A stretch of 64,000 bases of DNA from Candidatus Zambryskibacteria bacterium RIFOXYC1_FULL_39_10 (GCA_001824275.1 MHWW01000002.1:13266-77265); one strand, 5' to 3'; positions 22,545 through 32,062 are shown, counted from the first letter of the stretch. Program-made: numbers and translations. The notes: generated from the sequence alone by a model not told the origin.

Positions 22545-24320
22545 TCACATTCTTTCAGGAACCTTAATTCCGAGGAGGTTGAGGCCGGATTTGAGAGTGA
22601 GGGCGACAGCTTGAGTGAGGGCGATTTTGTAGGGCGAAGTCGGGTCATCTTCGTCTATTATTTTGTTGCTGGCATAAAAGCTATTGAATATGGAGGCAAG
22701 CTCGGTCAAATAAGTGACGATGTGGTGTGGCGCATACTCAATCCCCGCCCTCTCTACTGTTTCTTCAAATTTATACAAATGCCTTTCAAGTTCTGTTATT
22801 TCCCAAGTTTCTGGAATTTGAATTTTGGATTTTGAATTTGTTTCGGATTTCGAGTTTAGAATTTCGGATTTTGCCTTTTCGAGCACAGAGTTAGCTCGAA
22901 CACACGCATATTGAAGATATGGCCCTGAATCTCCTTCGAAAGAAATCGATTTATCAAAATCAAAAATAATATCCCCGCCAATCGCCTGTCTTAATATGGA
23001 ATACTTGATTGCCCCAATCGCCACTATCTCAGTCATTTTTTCTTCTTCCTCTGCTGTCATTTTTACCCTCAACGACAAATGTTTTAAGGCTTTAATTTTT
23101 TCTTGCACTTTTGCTTTTATGAAATCAATGAGAAATTCGGCGGAAATGACATCTCCCGTTCGGCTAGACATTTTTCCCGAAGGAAGGCGCAACATTCCAT
23201 GAGAGAGATGTTTAAGCTTCCCCTTAAGCCCAGGTATTACTTCTCCAATTGCTACTTCAGTTACACCAAAAAATGCATCTTGTTCGTTGGCAGTAATAGT
23301 AATTGATTGGTTATAATCATATTTTTCTTTTTTGAGTTTAGCTAGTCCAACTTCTTTGGCTTCATAAGTTGTTATACCTTCCGAATTTATAAAAACTCGA
23401 GTATGCGTTTTGGGTTCAAAATTTTCTCCTCTGAAAATAACAGCGCCCCCCTCCCCATTCTCAAAAATTTTACCAACATTTTCCAAAACAATCTTTTTTC
23501 CTATTTCCCCCGTTTCACTTTCATAAAAATGATCGTCGAAATGACTACTGAGTAATTTATATATGTATTCAAAATTATCTATAGAAAATTGTCTAGCACT
23601 CTTGTATAAATAACTTATCCAAGAATTATTATTCTCATAAATTTCTTTGTTGATTTTCAATATATTTTCTCTATCAATTTCATCTTCTTCATACATCTTA
23701 TATCCATAAGCATATGCATTATTTATATATTTTCTTAATTGGTCATCTTCGGTAAAAACCATAAGCTCTACTTGTTCTTTCTTGGATTCAACTTTGTTTT
23801 TTATTTCTTCATACACTTTATGCTTAGAAAGCTCTTTATCTAGACCGTACACTGCTTTTGCGACATGAAGCCCAACATCACCATGATAACCCACAGCTTT
23901 TGTCTCAGCTCCATTTGCCTTTATAATTCTAGTTATCGATTCCCCTATCGCATTATTCATCAAATGCCCAATATGAAATACCTTAAATGGATTAGGTTGA
24001 GTATGTTCTATTATTATTTTTTTATTTTCAAATAATTTACTTTCTCCACATTTTTCTCCTTTGTTTAAAATCTCTTCAACCGATTTAGCAAAAAATTCTT
24101 TTGATAAATAAAAGTTTATAAATTTTCCAACCACTTCGATTTTTTCTATTTCTAGAATTTTATTTTTTTCTAATCTGTCGGCTAAGTCTTTTGAGTTTTC
24201 ATTAATAGAGAAAAAAGAAAAATCTCCATTTTTAATATCCTTAGGATGTGCCAGTACAAAATCCCCCCCCAACTTTAAGGTCTCCTTTATCCATTTTTTT
24301 ATTTTTTCCTGTATGTTCAT
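22545..24320 (-). CDS. argS: Arginine--tRNA ligase
   Basis: PNPFKVFHIGH, KMSSRTG, GDSGPYLQYA, DALR domain ending PERM. Confidence 0.96.
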   Translation of the reverse strand: MNIQEKIKKWIKETLKLGGDFVLAHPKDIKNGDFSFFSINENSKDLADRLEKNKILEIEKIEVVGKFINFYLSKEFFAKSVEEILNKGEKCGESKLFENKKIIIEHTQPNPFKVFHIGHLMNNAIGESITRIIKANGAETKAVGYHGDVGLHVAKAVYGLDKELSKHKVYEEIKNKVESKKEQVELMVFTEDDQLRKYINNAYAYGYKMYEEDEIDRENILKINKEIYENNNSWISYLYKSARQFSIDNFEYIYKLLSSHFDDHFYESETGEIGKKIVLENVGKIFENGEGGAVIFRGENFEPKTHTRVFINSEGITTYEAKEVGLAKLKKEKYDYNQSITITANEQDAFFGVTEVAIGEVIPGLKGKLKHLSHGMLRLPSGKMSSRTGDVISAEFLIDFIKAKVQEKIKALKHLSLRVKMTAEEEEKMTEIVAIGAIKYSILRQAIGGDIIFDFDKSISFEGDSGPYLQYACVRANSVLEKAKSEILNSKSETNSKSKIQIPETWEITELERHLYKFEETVERAGIEYAPHHIVTYLTELASIFNSFYASNKIIDEDDPTSPYKIALTQAVALTLKSGLNLLGIKVPERM

Positions 24321-24321
24321 T

Positions 24322-24744
24322 TTATTTTCCAGTACTACCAAAACCATGTTCCCCCCTTTCGGCTTCTGATAGATTTTCTACTTCCTCAATATCTACATAT
24401 TCTACCTTTTGAATTAACATCTGCATTACTTTATGTCCTTTTTCAAAAGTATATGATTCTTTACTTAAATTTATCACACCCATTACAAGTTCACCCCTAA
24501 ACCCGGAATCAATTACCCCCGCCAAAACCTTTATCCCATGATTAATCGATTTGCCTGATTTGTCCCAACATAAACCAACACAACCTTCCGGTATTTCTAC
24601 TGCAATACCGCTTCTTATTCTCGCAATTTCCCCCGGCTCAACTCGTACAGTTTCCAGTGCGAACAAATCCATGCCAGCATCGCCATGATAATTGTAAGCA
24701 GGTAATTTGGCTTCTGAATTTAATTTTTTAACTTTTAATTTCAT
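24322..24744 (-). CDS. dut: dUTP diphosphatase (trimeric)
   Basis: AGMDL, GVIDSGFRGE, RGEHGFGSTG. Confidence 0.93.
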   Translation of the reverse strand: MKLKVKKLNSEAKLPAYNYHGDAGMDLFALETVRVEPGEIARIRSGIAVEIPEGCVGLCWDKSGKSINHGIKVLAGVIDSGFRGELVMGVINLSKESYTFEKGHKVMQMLIQKVEYVDIEEVENLSEAERGEHGFGSTGK

Positions 24745-25268
24745 TTTAATTTTTTGAAAAGCTCGTAAGCAGTCATGGCACCATTTAATGCTCGATGTAC
24801 TGGTGGTTCAGGTGGGATACCAAACATATTACAAGCCGTCTTGAGACTCCAACTTTCATTTTTAGCTAAACCTTTGTCCCATGCGATTGAAAGCAAATCC
24901 AAACGATGATAATCCATCGTGTCCTTGACTCCCGTTTTTCTAAAAGCATCATTCATAAAACCCCAGTCAAAAGTAGCATTGTAAGCACAAAAAATCGCAT
25001 CATGAGTTTTGTCGGCAAAGATTTGTAAAGCTTCTTTGAGCGAAACAGCATCTTGCCAATCTTCTTCTTTATAACCATTTTTAGCAATAGCCGCTGGTAC
25101 AGCATTTTCAATATTAAGTGGTTTAATTTTTACATTCAAAGTATCAACTATTTCAAAAGTATTTTGATTAAAGACCACCAAACCAATTTCTAATATTTCG
25201 TGCACTCCAAAAATATCTCCGCTAGTCTCCAAATCCGTCATCGCAATTTTCCTATCATTTGCTTTCAT
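24741..25268 (-). CDS. DEDDh-family 3'-5' exonuclease-like protein
   Basis: DLETSG, YNATFD, HRALNG (last acidic residue replaced). Confidence 0.85.
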   Translation of the reverse strand: MKANDRKIAMTDLETSGDIFGVHEILEIGLVVFNQNTFEIVDTLNVKIKPLNIENAVPAAIAKNGYKEEDWQDAVSLKEALQIFADKTHDAIFCAYNATFDWGFMNDAFRKTGVKDTMDYHRLDLLSIAWDKGLAKNESWSLKTACNMFGIPPEPPVHRALNGAMTAYELFKKLK

Positions 25269-25305
25269 TATAAATATGATACCAAAATCTTACACTTTCT
25301 ACATC

Positions 25306-25341
25306 TACATCACTTTCTCACGGTCGTGAGTATTTGATGTA
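25306..25341. repeat. 36-bp palindrome, copy 1
   Basis: TACATCA CTTT CTCACG GT CGTGAG TATT TGATGTA. Confidence 0.8.
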
Positions 25342-25364
25342 TTGAAAATTTGATAATGACCTGA

Positions 25365-25946
25365 CTACTTTAGACCAAAATAATCTATTATGTCTTCATC
25401 TGCCTCCAATGTATCAACTATCATATAAAGTAGATCCTTCCCTATCTCAAGATCTGCTTTAAGTAAAATTATAAGTTCTTCACAATCATAAGGATAAATC
25501 CAAACACTGTCTTGTAATCTTCTAAATCCAACAGATACTAAGGTTGCTCTTATTTGATCCCTGACAAATCTTAAATGTTCTGGAATATCAAATATAAGCA
25601 CTCTCCATTTTCCATCCCATTTTTCTTTATTTATTTTTGTTTTTTTATAAAAAGTATTTCTTGCAAGAAAAAACCTTCCTTTGGATGTGATTTTTAATTC
25701 GCTATTTTTTAATTCCATCATACCTTTATTGATTAGTCGTTTGCGAGAAACCTCTATGGACTCCTTTTGTCTAAAACCCGGAATCATCTTGGCACGCTTC
25801 ATTGCCAACAGTACTTTTGGAGCAACCAGTCCTACACTAATAACACCTGCAACAGAAACAGTTTGCAAAATAATATTCTGAAGATTTTTTCTTTTGCTTT
25901 TACCCTCTAAAGTCTCTTTTATTTTTTTATTATTAATATTAATCAT
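25365..25946 (-). CDS. PaaX-like protein (wHTH + Cas2-like ferredoxin domain)
   Basis: RLINKG..LKITSKG wHTH; KWDGKWRVLIFDIPE..R..L...GFRRLQDSVWIYPY. Confidence 0.8.
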   Translation of the reverse strand: MININNKKIKETLEGKSKRKNLQNIILQTVSVAGVISVGLVAPKVLLAMKRAKMIPGFRQKESIEVSRKRLINKGMMELKNSELKITSKGRFFLARNTFYKKTKINKEKWDGKWRVLIFDIPEHLRFVRDQIRATLVSVGFRRLQDSVWIYPYDCEELIILLKADLEIGKDLLYMIVDTLEADEDIIDYFGLK

Positions 25947-26020
25947 TTTATAAGCAGCATTTATCTTTGTTGAATTTATAAAAATCTAACCAGAAGTAAT
26001 GTAAAATAAATAATATCACA

Positions 26021-26056
26021 CCCATCAATTTTATACGACCGTGAGTATTTGATGTA
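26021..26056. repeat. 36-bp palindrome, copy 2
   Basis: CCCATCA ATTT TATACG AC CGTGAG TATT TGATGTA; last 17 nt identical to copy 1. Confidence 0.8.
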
Positions 26057-26097
26057 GTGAATTTTTATATATATTGTATTGCAATTTTATTGTATAT

Positions 26098-27294
26098 CTA
26101 ATGAGATCTTAAAATTTTATCTATTTTTCGGGCAATCAAGACAAAATCTTTTTCTTTTTTGCCTCGAGTCGTTTCAGCCGCAGTGCCCAGTCGAATACCT
26201 GACGGATCCATCGGCGAGCGAGTCTCATTTGGAATAGTGTTTTTATTTACAATAATGCCGTTTTTTTCGAGAACATCGCTCGCCTCTTTGCCCGAAATAC
26301 CCTTACCTTCCATCCAAGTATCCATAAGTATTAGGTGAGTATCAGTGCCACCAGAAATTATTTTCCAACCCAACTTTTTTAATTCTTTAGCCAAAGTATC
26401 GGCATTTTTTATAATCTGTTTGGCATACTTTTTAAAAACAGCAGTATCAGCTTCTTTAAGCGCCACAGCTACCGCGGCTATTTGATTGATGTGCGGCCCA
26501 CCTTGAAGACCTGGGAAAACCGCTTTGTCTATTTTTTTATTAATTTCTCTTGAGTCAATTTTACTAAAAATCATTGCTGAACGCGGTCCTCGCAATGTTT
26601 TATGTACCGTGGTAGTCACTACATCCGCATAATCAAAAGGCGAAGGAAGCGCTTTGCCCGCCACCAGTCCCGCGAAGTGTGACATATCTACCATCAAATA
26701 TGTTTTTTTGTTTGGATCAGTGTGTTTAATACTGTCAACAATTTCTCTAAACTTTTTAAAATCAACTTTTCTTGGGTAAGCGGTATACCCTGCAACAATA
26801 ATGTCCGGCTTTTCAGCTATCGCTATCTTTTTTATTTCTTCATAATCAATTTGTTCTGTATTTTTATTTACTCCATACGGTACTTGAATCCAAAATTTTC
26901 CCGTCGCTGAAACTTTGTGGCCATGGGTCAAATGCCCGCCATGATCCAAACTCATTCCCATGATCTTGCCCTCTTTTGGTACTAGTGCTAAATAAACAGC
27001 GAGATTTGCTGGCGAACCTGAAAGTGGCTGAACATTAACTGCCCATTTTTTTGAATTAAGGCCAAAAAGTTTTAGGGCTCGCTCTTTACACAAATCTTCA
27101 ATTTTATCTACAAAAGTTTGCCCACCATAATACCTTTTGCCTGAATATCCTTCAGCATATTTATTAGTAAGCTCAGACCCAAGCGCCTCTAAAACATCCT
27201 TGGAAACATAATTTTCCGAGGCAATCAAATTAATGACCCTTTTTTGTCTCTTTTTTTCCGCTTCTATTAATTTTTTGATTTGAGTGTCTTTCAT
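26098..27294 (-). CDS. glyA: Serine hydroxymethyltransferase
   Basis: LIASEN, NKYAEGY, GGHLTHG, TTTVHKTLRGPR, FPGLQGGP. Confidence 0.97.
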   Translation of the reverse strand: MKDTQIKKLIEAEKKRQKRVINLIASENYVSKDVLEALGSELTNKYAEGYSGKRYYGGQTFVDKIEDLCKERALKLFGLNSKKWAVNVQPLSGSPANLAVYLALVPKEGKIMGMSLDHGGHLTHGHKVSATGKFWIQVPYGVNKNTEQIDYEEIKKIAIAEKPDIIVAGYTAYPRKVDFKKFREIVDSIKHTDPNKKTYLMVDMSHFAGLVAGKALPSPFDYADVVTTTVHKTLRGPRSAMIFSKIDSREINKKIDKAVFPGLQGGPHINQIAAVAVALKEADTAVFKKYAKQIIKNADTLAKELKKLGWKIISGGTDTHLILMDTWMEGKGISGKEASDVLEKNGIIVNKNTIPNETRSPMDPSGIRLGTAAETTRGKKEKDFVLIARKIDKILRSH

Positions 27295-27369
27295 AGTAGT
27301 TTTATTATCATCTAAACTATATAAAAAGCAAATATTGAAATCAAATTACTTGTAGGATATGATGTAAAT

Positions 27370-28281
27370 ATGAAATCATATAAAAATCGTACTCCAGATA
27401 ATCAATATCAGCAAATGCTCAAAAACATTCTAGAAAATGGTGTGCGTACTCCAAGTCAGCAGGGTGTAGATGCCCTAACTCTGTTGGGTCCAAATGCAAT
27501 GCATTTTAAACTTGAAAATGGGTTTCCTGTGATTACTGAACGTAATATGAACCCAAAGCCTTCAGAGTTTTTACCAGTCACAGTGTGGCAACAAGCTATA
27601 GCTGAAATTTGTGCTTTTATTAATGGCGCTAGAACACAAAAAGAGTTAGAGGAATTTGGTTGTTTCTGGTGGAAATCTTGGGTTACTCCAGAAAAATGTG
27701 CCAAACGCGGATTAGAGACCGGAGACTTAGGCCCAGGATCATATGGTGCCGCTTTCCACGATTTTCCTACGGCTGAAGGCAAACCTTTTAATCAATTTAA
27801 ACATATAGTTGAACAAATTATTGAGGAACCACAATTACGAACTCATTTTGTTAGCCCATGGATTCCCCAATACACTGGTCGCGGCAAAGGAAAACAACAA
27901 AAAGTTGTGGTTTGTCCTTGTCATGGCTGGATAAATATCCGTATCATTGAAAATAAACTTACCCTTCATATGATGCAAAGGTCGGGAGATGTACCCGTTG
28001 GGGTGCCTTCAAACATGGTCCAGTACGCAGCTCTTACCATGATGCTCGCTCAGGTGACAAACACCATTCCGTACGAATTTATACACAGTATTTCAGATGC
28101 TCATATTTATGTAGATCAGATTCCAGCAGTTGAAACAATGCTCGCTCGAGAACCAAAACCCTTCCCAACAATGACACTCAATAAAAATAAAAAAGATTTG
28201 TTTGCCTTTCGTAAAGAAGATTTCGAACTATCAGACTATGATCCACATCCAGGAATAAAAGGTATCCCTGTTGCTATATAA
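27370..28281 (+). CDS. thyA: Thymidylate synthase (ThyA, divergent)
   Basis: PCH catalytic motif, QRSGDVPVGVPSN (Asn specificity residue), DAHIY. Confidence 0.92.
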   Translation: MKSYKNRTPDNQYQQMLKNILENGVRTPSQQGVDALTLLGPNAMHFKLENGFPVITERNMNPKPSEFLPVTVWQQAIAEICAFINGARTQKELEEFGCFWWKSWVTPEKCAKRGLETGDLGPGSYGAAFHDFPTAEGKPFNQFKHIVEQIIEEPQLRTHFVSPWIPQYTGRGKGKQQKVVVCPCHGWINIRIIENKLTLHMMQRSGDVPVGVPSNMVQYAALTMMLAQVTNTIPYEFIHSISDAHIYVDQIPAVETMLAREPKPFPTMTLNKNKKDLFAFRKEDFELSDYDPHPGIKGIPVAI

Positions 28282-28282
28282 C

Positions 28283-28771
28283 ATGAGCAAAGAAAATAAA
28301 TATGTAAATCTATCTGCGGTAAGAAGAGAAGACCAAAGAGAGGTAATGGAAGAAATAAAAAGACAAGGACACTGCCCGTTTTGTCTTGAAAATTTACAAA
28401 AGTACCACAAAAATCCTATCTTAAAAGAAGGTAAATTTTGGATTTTAACCGAAAACCAATGGCCATACAAAAAAATAAAGCACCAACTACTCGCTATTTA
28501 TAAAACTCATATTGAGCACCTGAAAGAAATAGACCCAGAATCTGGCAAAGAACTTATTGAAATGTTTGCAGAAGAGGCAGAAAAAAGAAATATGAAGGGT
28601 GGTGGAGTCGCTATGAGGTTTGGGAGCAATCCAGAATATGGCAATTATGGAAGTAGTGTCCTACATATTCATGCCCACCTTGTAGAACCTGATTTAGAAA
28701 AACTGGAGGAAACCGAGGCGTGGAGATTTAAATTTGGAGAACCTAAAAATTATAAAAAGAGAGTTGGATAA
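28283..28771 (+). CDS. HIT-family nucleotide hydrolase
   Basis: CPFC, NQWPY, SVLHIHAH triad; directly follows thyA. Confidence 0.85.
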   Translation: MSKENKYVNLSAVRREDQREVMEEIKRQGHCPFCLENLQKYHKNPILKEGKFWILTENQWPYKKIKHQLLAIYKTHIEHLKEIDPESGKELIEMFAEEAEKRNMKGGGVAMRFGSNPEYGNYGSSVLHIHAHLVEPDLEKLEETEAWRFKFGEPKNYKKRVG

Positions 28772-28775
28772 GATG

Positions 28776-28800
28776 AAGGCCTCGCACAGTGCGAGGCCTT
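28776..28800. terminator. Bidirectional terminator between the convergent HIT genes
   Basis: AAGGCCTCGCA-CAG-TGCGAGGCCTT. Confidence 0.7.
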
Positions 28801-28821
28801 TCTGAAAGTTTGACAATCAGG

Positions 28822-29436
28822 TCATTTAGCTGTTTTGGGCGGCTCTAGATTGTCTTGAATGAGCTCAAATTCTGCCACGGTAAGCACATCATAGGGGTAA
28901 CGGCGACCAGCCTCTTCCGCAACGCGATACTTCTCGAAAGCGCGCAGCACTAGTAACTTCTTTTGCAGGTCTGCTTCTGACTTCGCGATTGTCACCTCTA
29001 CCCGATCTTTCCCAATCGGAAGATGGAAGTTGAAATGAAGATGAGGAACGCTCTTGGCATTCCGTCTCGGATCTCCCGTGCGAATCATCCACACACCATC
29101 ACCACCGACTCCCAAAGTGTTATGGGCATAGTTGAGCACCTTTTTGAAATCCACCCACTCTTGGTCAGTCAACTCCAAGATGTTTTCGATATGACGCTTA
29201 GAAGGAGCGGTCAGTTGGCACTCCTGTCCAGACCGCGGCGCCACATCATTTTTCCAGAGTCGCCACGAATTGTCTTCGTAAAGAATTCTGTTGCGGTTGG
29301 TATCGATCTGACAGAACGGGCATTTGCCCGCTTGAAGATCTGAGACTGTCTGTTTGTAATACTGATAGTTGCTCGTATTGAACAACCGCCAGATATCCTC
29401 AGGTTTTACGCCTGGAACTTCAAAAACTGGGTACAT
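28822..29436 (-). CDS. Second HIT-like protein (variant triad HxHxN)
   Basis: CPFC, KRH, SVPHLHFNFH; own TTGACC-17-TAGTGT promoter and SD. Confidence 0.78.
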   Translation of the reverse strand: MYPVFEVPGVKPEDIWRLFNTSNYQYYKQTVSDLQAGKCPFCQIDTNRNRILYEDNSWRLWKNDVAPRSGQECQLTAPSKRHIENILELTDQEWVDFKKVLNYAHNTLGVGGDGVWMIRTGDPRRNAKSVPHLHFNFHLPIGKDRVEVTIAKSEADLQKKLLVLRAFEKYRVAEEAGRRYPYDVLTVAEFELIQDNLEPPKTAK

Positions 29437-29469
29437 AGAGCCATCCTTTCCAAAAACACACTAACATGT

Positions 29470-30306
29470 TTAATGATTTAGGTCAACAAAAATAATCTCA
29501 ACTCCCTTGCTTCTTAAAACTATTTCTTGGTCTAACATTTGATAACCCCCGCTATAATATATTTTTTTGATACCTGAGAAAGCAATCTGCTTCGTACAAA
29601 GCGAACACGGGAAAATGGTCACGTACAAAGTAGCCCCCTCAAGTGAAAGACCTTTACGCGCGGCTTCTGCAATAAGACGTGCTTCGGAATGAATGGCCGT
29701 TGCAATATCTGTACCAATACCTTTATGTAATGTATTGCGAGGATCACCATCTGCATACGGAGAATGTGGAGAAGGCAAATGTTCATTATGAGCAGATAAT
29801 ATAATTTCTCCATCTTTTACAATAGCCGAAGCGACACGCCGCCACCAATCGCTACTTTTTTCTGCCTCTTTTTTTAATTTTTGGATTACTTCTCTATCAA
29901 ATTCATCTCTTGAAATTTTTTGATCTGCTTGCACCGGTTTTTCTTCCATTGATTTGTGTTTATCCCAACGTAAAAAAACATCATCAAAAATAACCTTCTT
30001 TTCTCCAAAAAATTCTGTTGCTAAATCAATGCAGACATCCTCATCGGGCATAATAATTTCGATCGTTTCTAATGATTTAAGACCTTTTTCTTCAAGAATT
30101 TCAATTTTTTTAAACATTTTCCAACTCTCTATTGCCCGCTTTACAAGATTGGGCGAAAGTTGCCGGATTTCTTTGGCAAGGTAATCATATTTCTTGATAA
30201 GAGAATCGCCAAAAATATAGAGGGTGTCCACATCTGTGTGCCGCTCAAAAAATTTTCTATACCCCTGATGTAGTACGGGTACATAAGCAATAATAACTTT
30301 TTTCAT
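29470..30306 (-). CDS. dCMP deaminase-like protein with an N-terminal nucleotidyltransferase-like domain
   Basis: HSE..PCSLC zinc deaminase motif at the C-terminus; N-terminal VLHQGY resembles HxGH. Confidence 0.85.
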   Translation of the reverse strand: MKKVIIAYVPVLHQGYRKFFERHTDVDTLYIFGDSLIKKYDYLAKEIRQLSPNLVKRAIESWKMFKKIEILEEKGLKSLETIEIIMPDEDVCIDLATEFFGEKKVIFDDVFLRWDKHKSMEEKPVQADQKISRDEFDREVIQKLKKEAEKSSDWWRRVASAIVKDGEIILSAHNEHLPSPHSPYADGDPRNTLHKGIGTDIATAIHSEARLIAEAARKGLSLEGATLYVTIFPCSLCTKQIAFSGIKKIYYSGGYQMLDQEIVLRSKGVEIIFVDLNH

Positions 30307-30321
30307 CTCTTGTTTAATATT

Positions 30322-30921
30322 TTAACCCCCCATTTCATCGAGCGTATCTTGAATTGTCTTCAAGATCTTGGGAGTGAGAGCTTGCCCTAACTTTTTGGCA
30401 GTACTAATTTGAAGTCTTCTGATTTTTGCGCTAGTTGTCGTGGTAGCCATAGGTTCTAGGACAAATACTTTGCCACAATATTTCTTGAGTTCCTTTAGTT
30501 GTTTATTGTTATAGGTTTCTTTGGTGGCGATAAGAACATCCGGACAAATTGCTTTTATCAGACTCCATTTAGGATCATTCAGCTCTTTGAGAAAGACCAA
30601 ATCAACATATCGAAGGTGAGTTAGCATTTCTATTCTTTCTTCTTGGGGTACAACAGGTCTTTCAGGACCTTTTCTTTTTTTTATTTTTTTATCGCTATCC
30701 ACTCCCACAACAAGAAGATCCCCGTGCTTCTTAGCCTCTTTCAAATACCTACCGTGTCCAACATGGATCATATCAAAGGATCCCTGAGTCAAAACAATGT
30801 GCATACCCAAATATTTACAGTGTTCAATGAGGCCCTTAATCTTTTTATAGTCATTCAACGCCTTTCCACCAAAACTCAGATGAGCGTATGCTCCTTTATC
30901 TATGGGGATGTTATTTTCCAT
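30322..30921 (-). CDS. Cytidylyl/adenylyltransferase (HIGH superfamily, RfaE domain II/TagD-like)
   Basis: GSFDMIHVGH, VGVDSD, KGPERP, TTTSAKI. Confidence 0.9.
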   Translation of the reverse strand: MENNIPIDKGAYAHLSFGGKALNDYKKIKGLIEHCKYLGMHIVLTQGSFDMIHVGHGRYLKEAKKHGDLLVVGVDSDKKIKKRKGPERPVVPQEERIEMLTHLRYVDLVFLKELNDPKWSLIKAICPDVLIATKETYNNKQLKELKKYCGKVFVLEPMATTTTSAKIRRLQISTAKKLGQALTPKILKTIQDTLDEMGG

Positions 30922-30976
30922 GTGAGTATATTATTAGCTTTCCGTTCTTTTGGCAAGCTGATATACTTTTATATAC

Positions 30977-31474
30977 ATGAATAAACCGGTAATAAGCATA
31001 ATCGCAGCTATAAGCGAAAAGAAGCGTGCTCTTGGATTTAAAAACAATCTCCTCTGGAAAATTGAGGGTGATTTGCCGAGATTTAAAGCTCTGACTAGCG
31101 GTCATGTAATAATAATGGGAAGAAATACCTATATATCAATTGGTAGACCTCTTCCAAACAGAACAAATATAGTCATATCTCATATCGGAGATGAAGGTAT
31201 TGCTTCTGCTGAAAATCTTATTGTTGTAGATTCAATAGAAAAAGCACTAGAAGAAGCAAAGAAAATAGAAAAAGAGGAAATTTTTATAATTGGTGGAGGA
31301 ATGATTTATAAATCATTTATTGATATCGCTGATCGTTTATATTTGACAGTAGTTTATGATGAACCCGAAGCTGATGTCTTCTTCCCCGATTATTCTCAGT
31401 TCAAAAAAGAAATACAAAAAGAGGACCACCTTGAGAGCAATCCTCCATTTTCTTATGTAATCTTCGAGAGATAA
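30977..31474 (+). CDS. folA: Dihydrofolate reductase
   Basis: LLW..DLPRFK, IMGRNT, RPLPNRTN, IIGGG, ADVFFP. Confidence 0.95.
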   Translation: MNKPVISIIAAISEKKRALGFKNNLLWKIEGDLPRFKALTSGHVIIMGRNTYISIGRPLPNRTNIVISHIGDEGIASAENLIVVDSIEKALEEAKKIEKEEIFIIGGGMIYKSFIDIADRLYLTVVYDEPEADVFFPDYSQFKKEIQKEDHLESNPPFSYVIFER

Positions 31475-31537
31475 CGAAAGATTCTCTCAAAAATTCTGCG
31501 GTTTTTGTCCTTTGTGCAAATCGGCGTCCCACGTATA

Positions 31538-32062
31538 CTATGATTGGCCGTCTCTACTCCTCACCAATCCCCTGCCACAGTAGACACAGTTAGAAACATC
31601 ACTGTCTGTAGTAGCTGGAGAACAAATTCCACTCATGTTGCAGAGAGATTCTTGGCCATTTACAAAGACAGAAGAACGCAGATTATCTACAAAAGCTACA
31701 ACTTCACGAAGAATGTCATAGCGCTTGAAGGTAAACTTAGGATGACTTATACCCTCAATCAGACGTGTGATGTGAGCATCTCGATGTGCAACCGCTATAA
31801 CAGGCTTTCCATAAACCTCTATCGCAGTCGCCAATTCATAACCAAGTCCGATTGCTGGATAGTCGCATATAGCAACAAACACATCACATCCAGCAACGCA
31901 TTTTTGTACATCCCACTCATAAACTTCTCTTGCGGTTCCAGCAACCAAACCAACGAAATCAAGGACCGTGTATTTGATCCTCAATTCGTTTTTAAGAGCT
32001 TCAACAGATTCGCGAAACTCTTCTGGGGCCTGGGTTAACGAACAACCTACATAGATTTTCAT
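31538..32062 (-). CDS. Nucleoside 2-deoxyribosyltransferase / DNPH1-like N-glycosidase with a Cys-rich tail
   Basis: KIYVG, D..CD, GLGYE..A...KP motif; AGGAG SD before ATG 32062. Confidence 0.72.
   Translation of the reverse strand: MKIYVGCSLTQAPEEFRESVEALKNELRIKYTVLDFVGLVAGTAREVYEWDVQKCVAGCDVFVAICDYPAIGLGYELATAIEVYGKPVIAVAHRDAHITRLIEGISHPKFTFKRYDILREVVAFVDNLRSSVFVNGQESLCNMSGICSPATTDSDVSNCVYCGRGLVRSRDGQS

Noticed and set aside
25306-26056. CRISPR array (36-bp repeats with a Cas2-like gene)
   Set aside because: There are only two imperfect copies about 680 bp apart with a gene between them, no spacer periodicity, and no cas1 or effector genes.
27370-28281. ThyA as a dCMP hydroxymethylase for DNA hypermodification
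   Set aside because: The specificity residue is Asn (GVPSN), typical of dUMP-methylating enzymes, and folA and glyA are adjacent.
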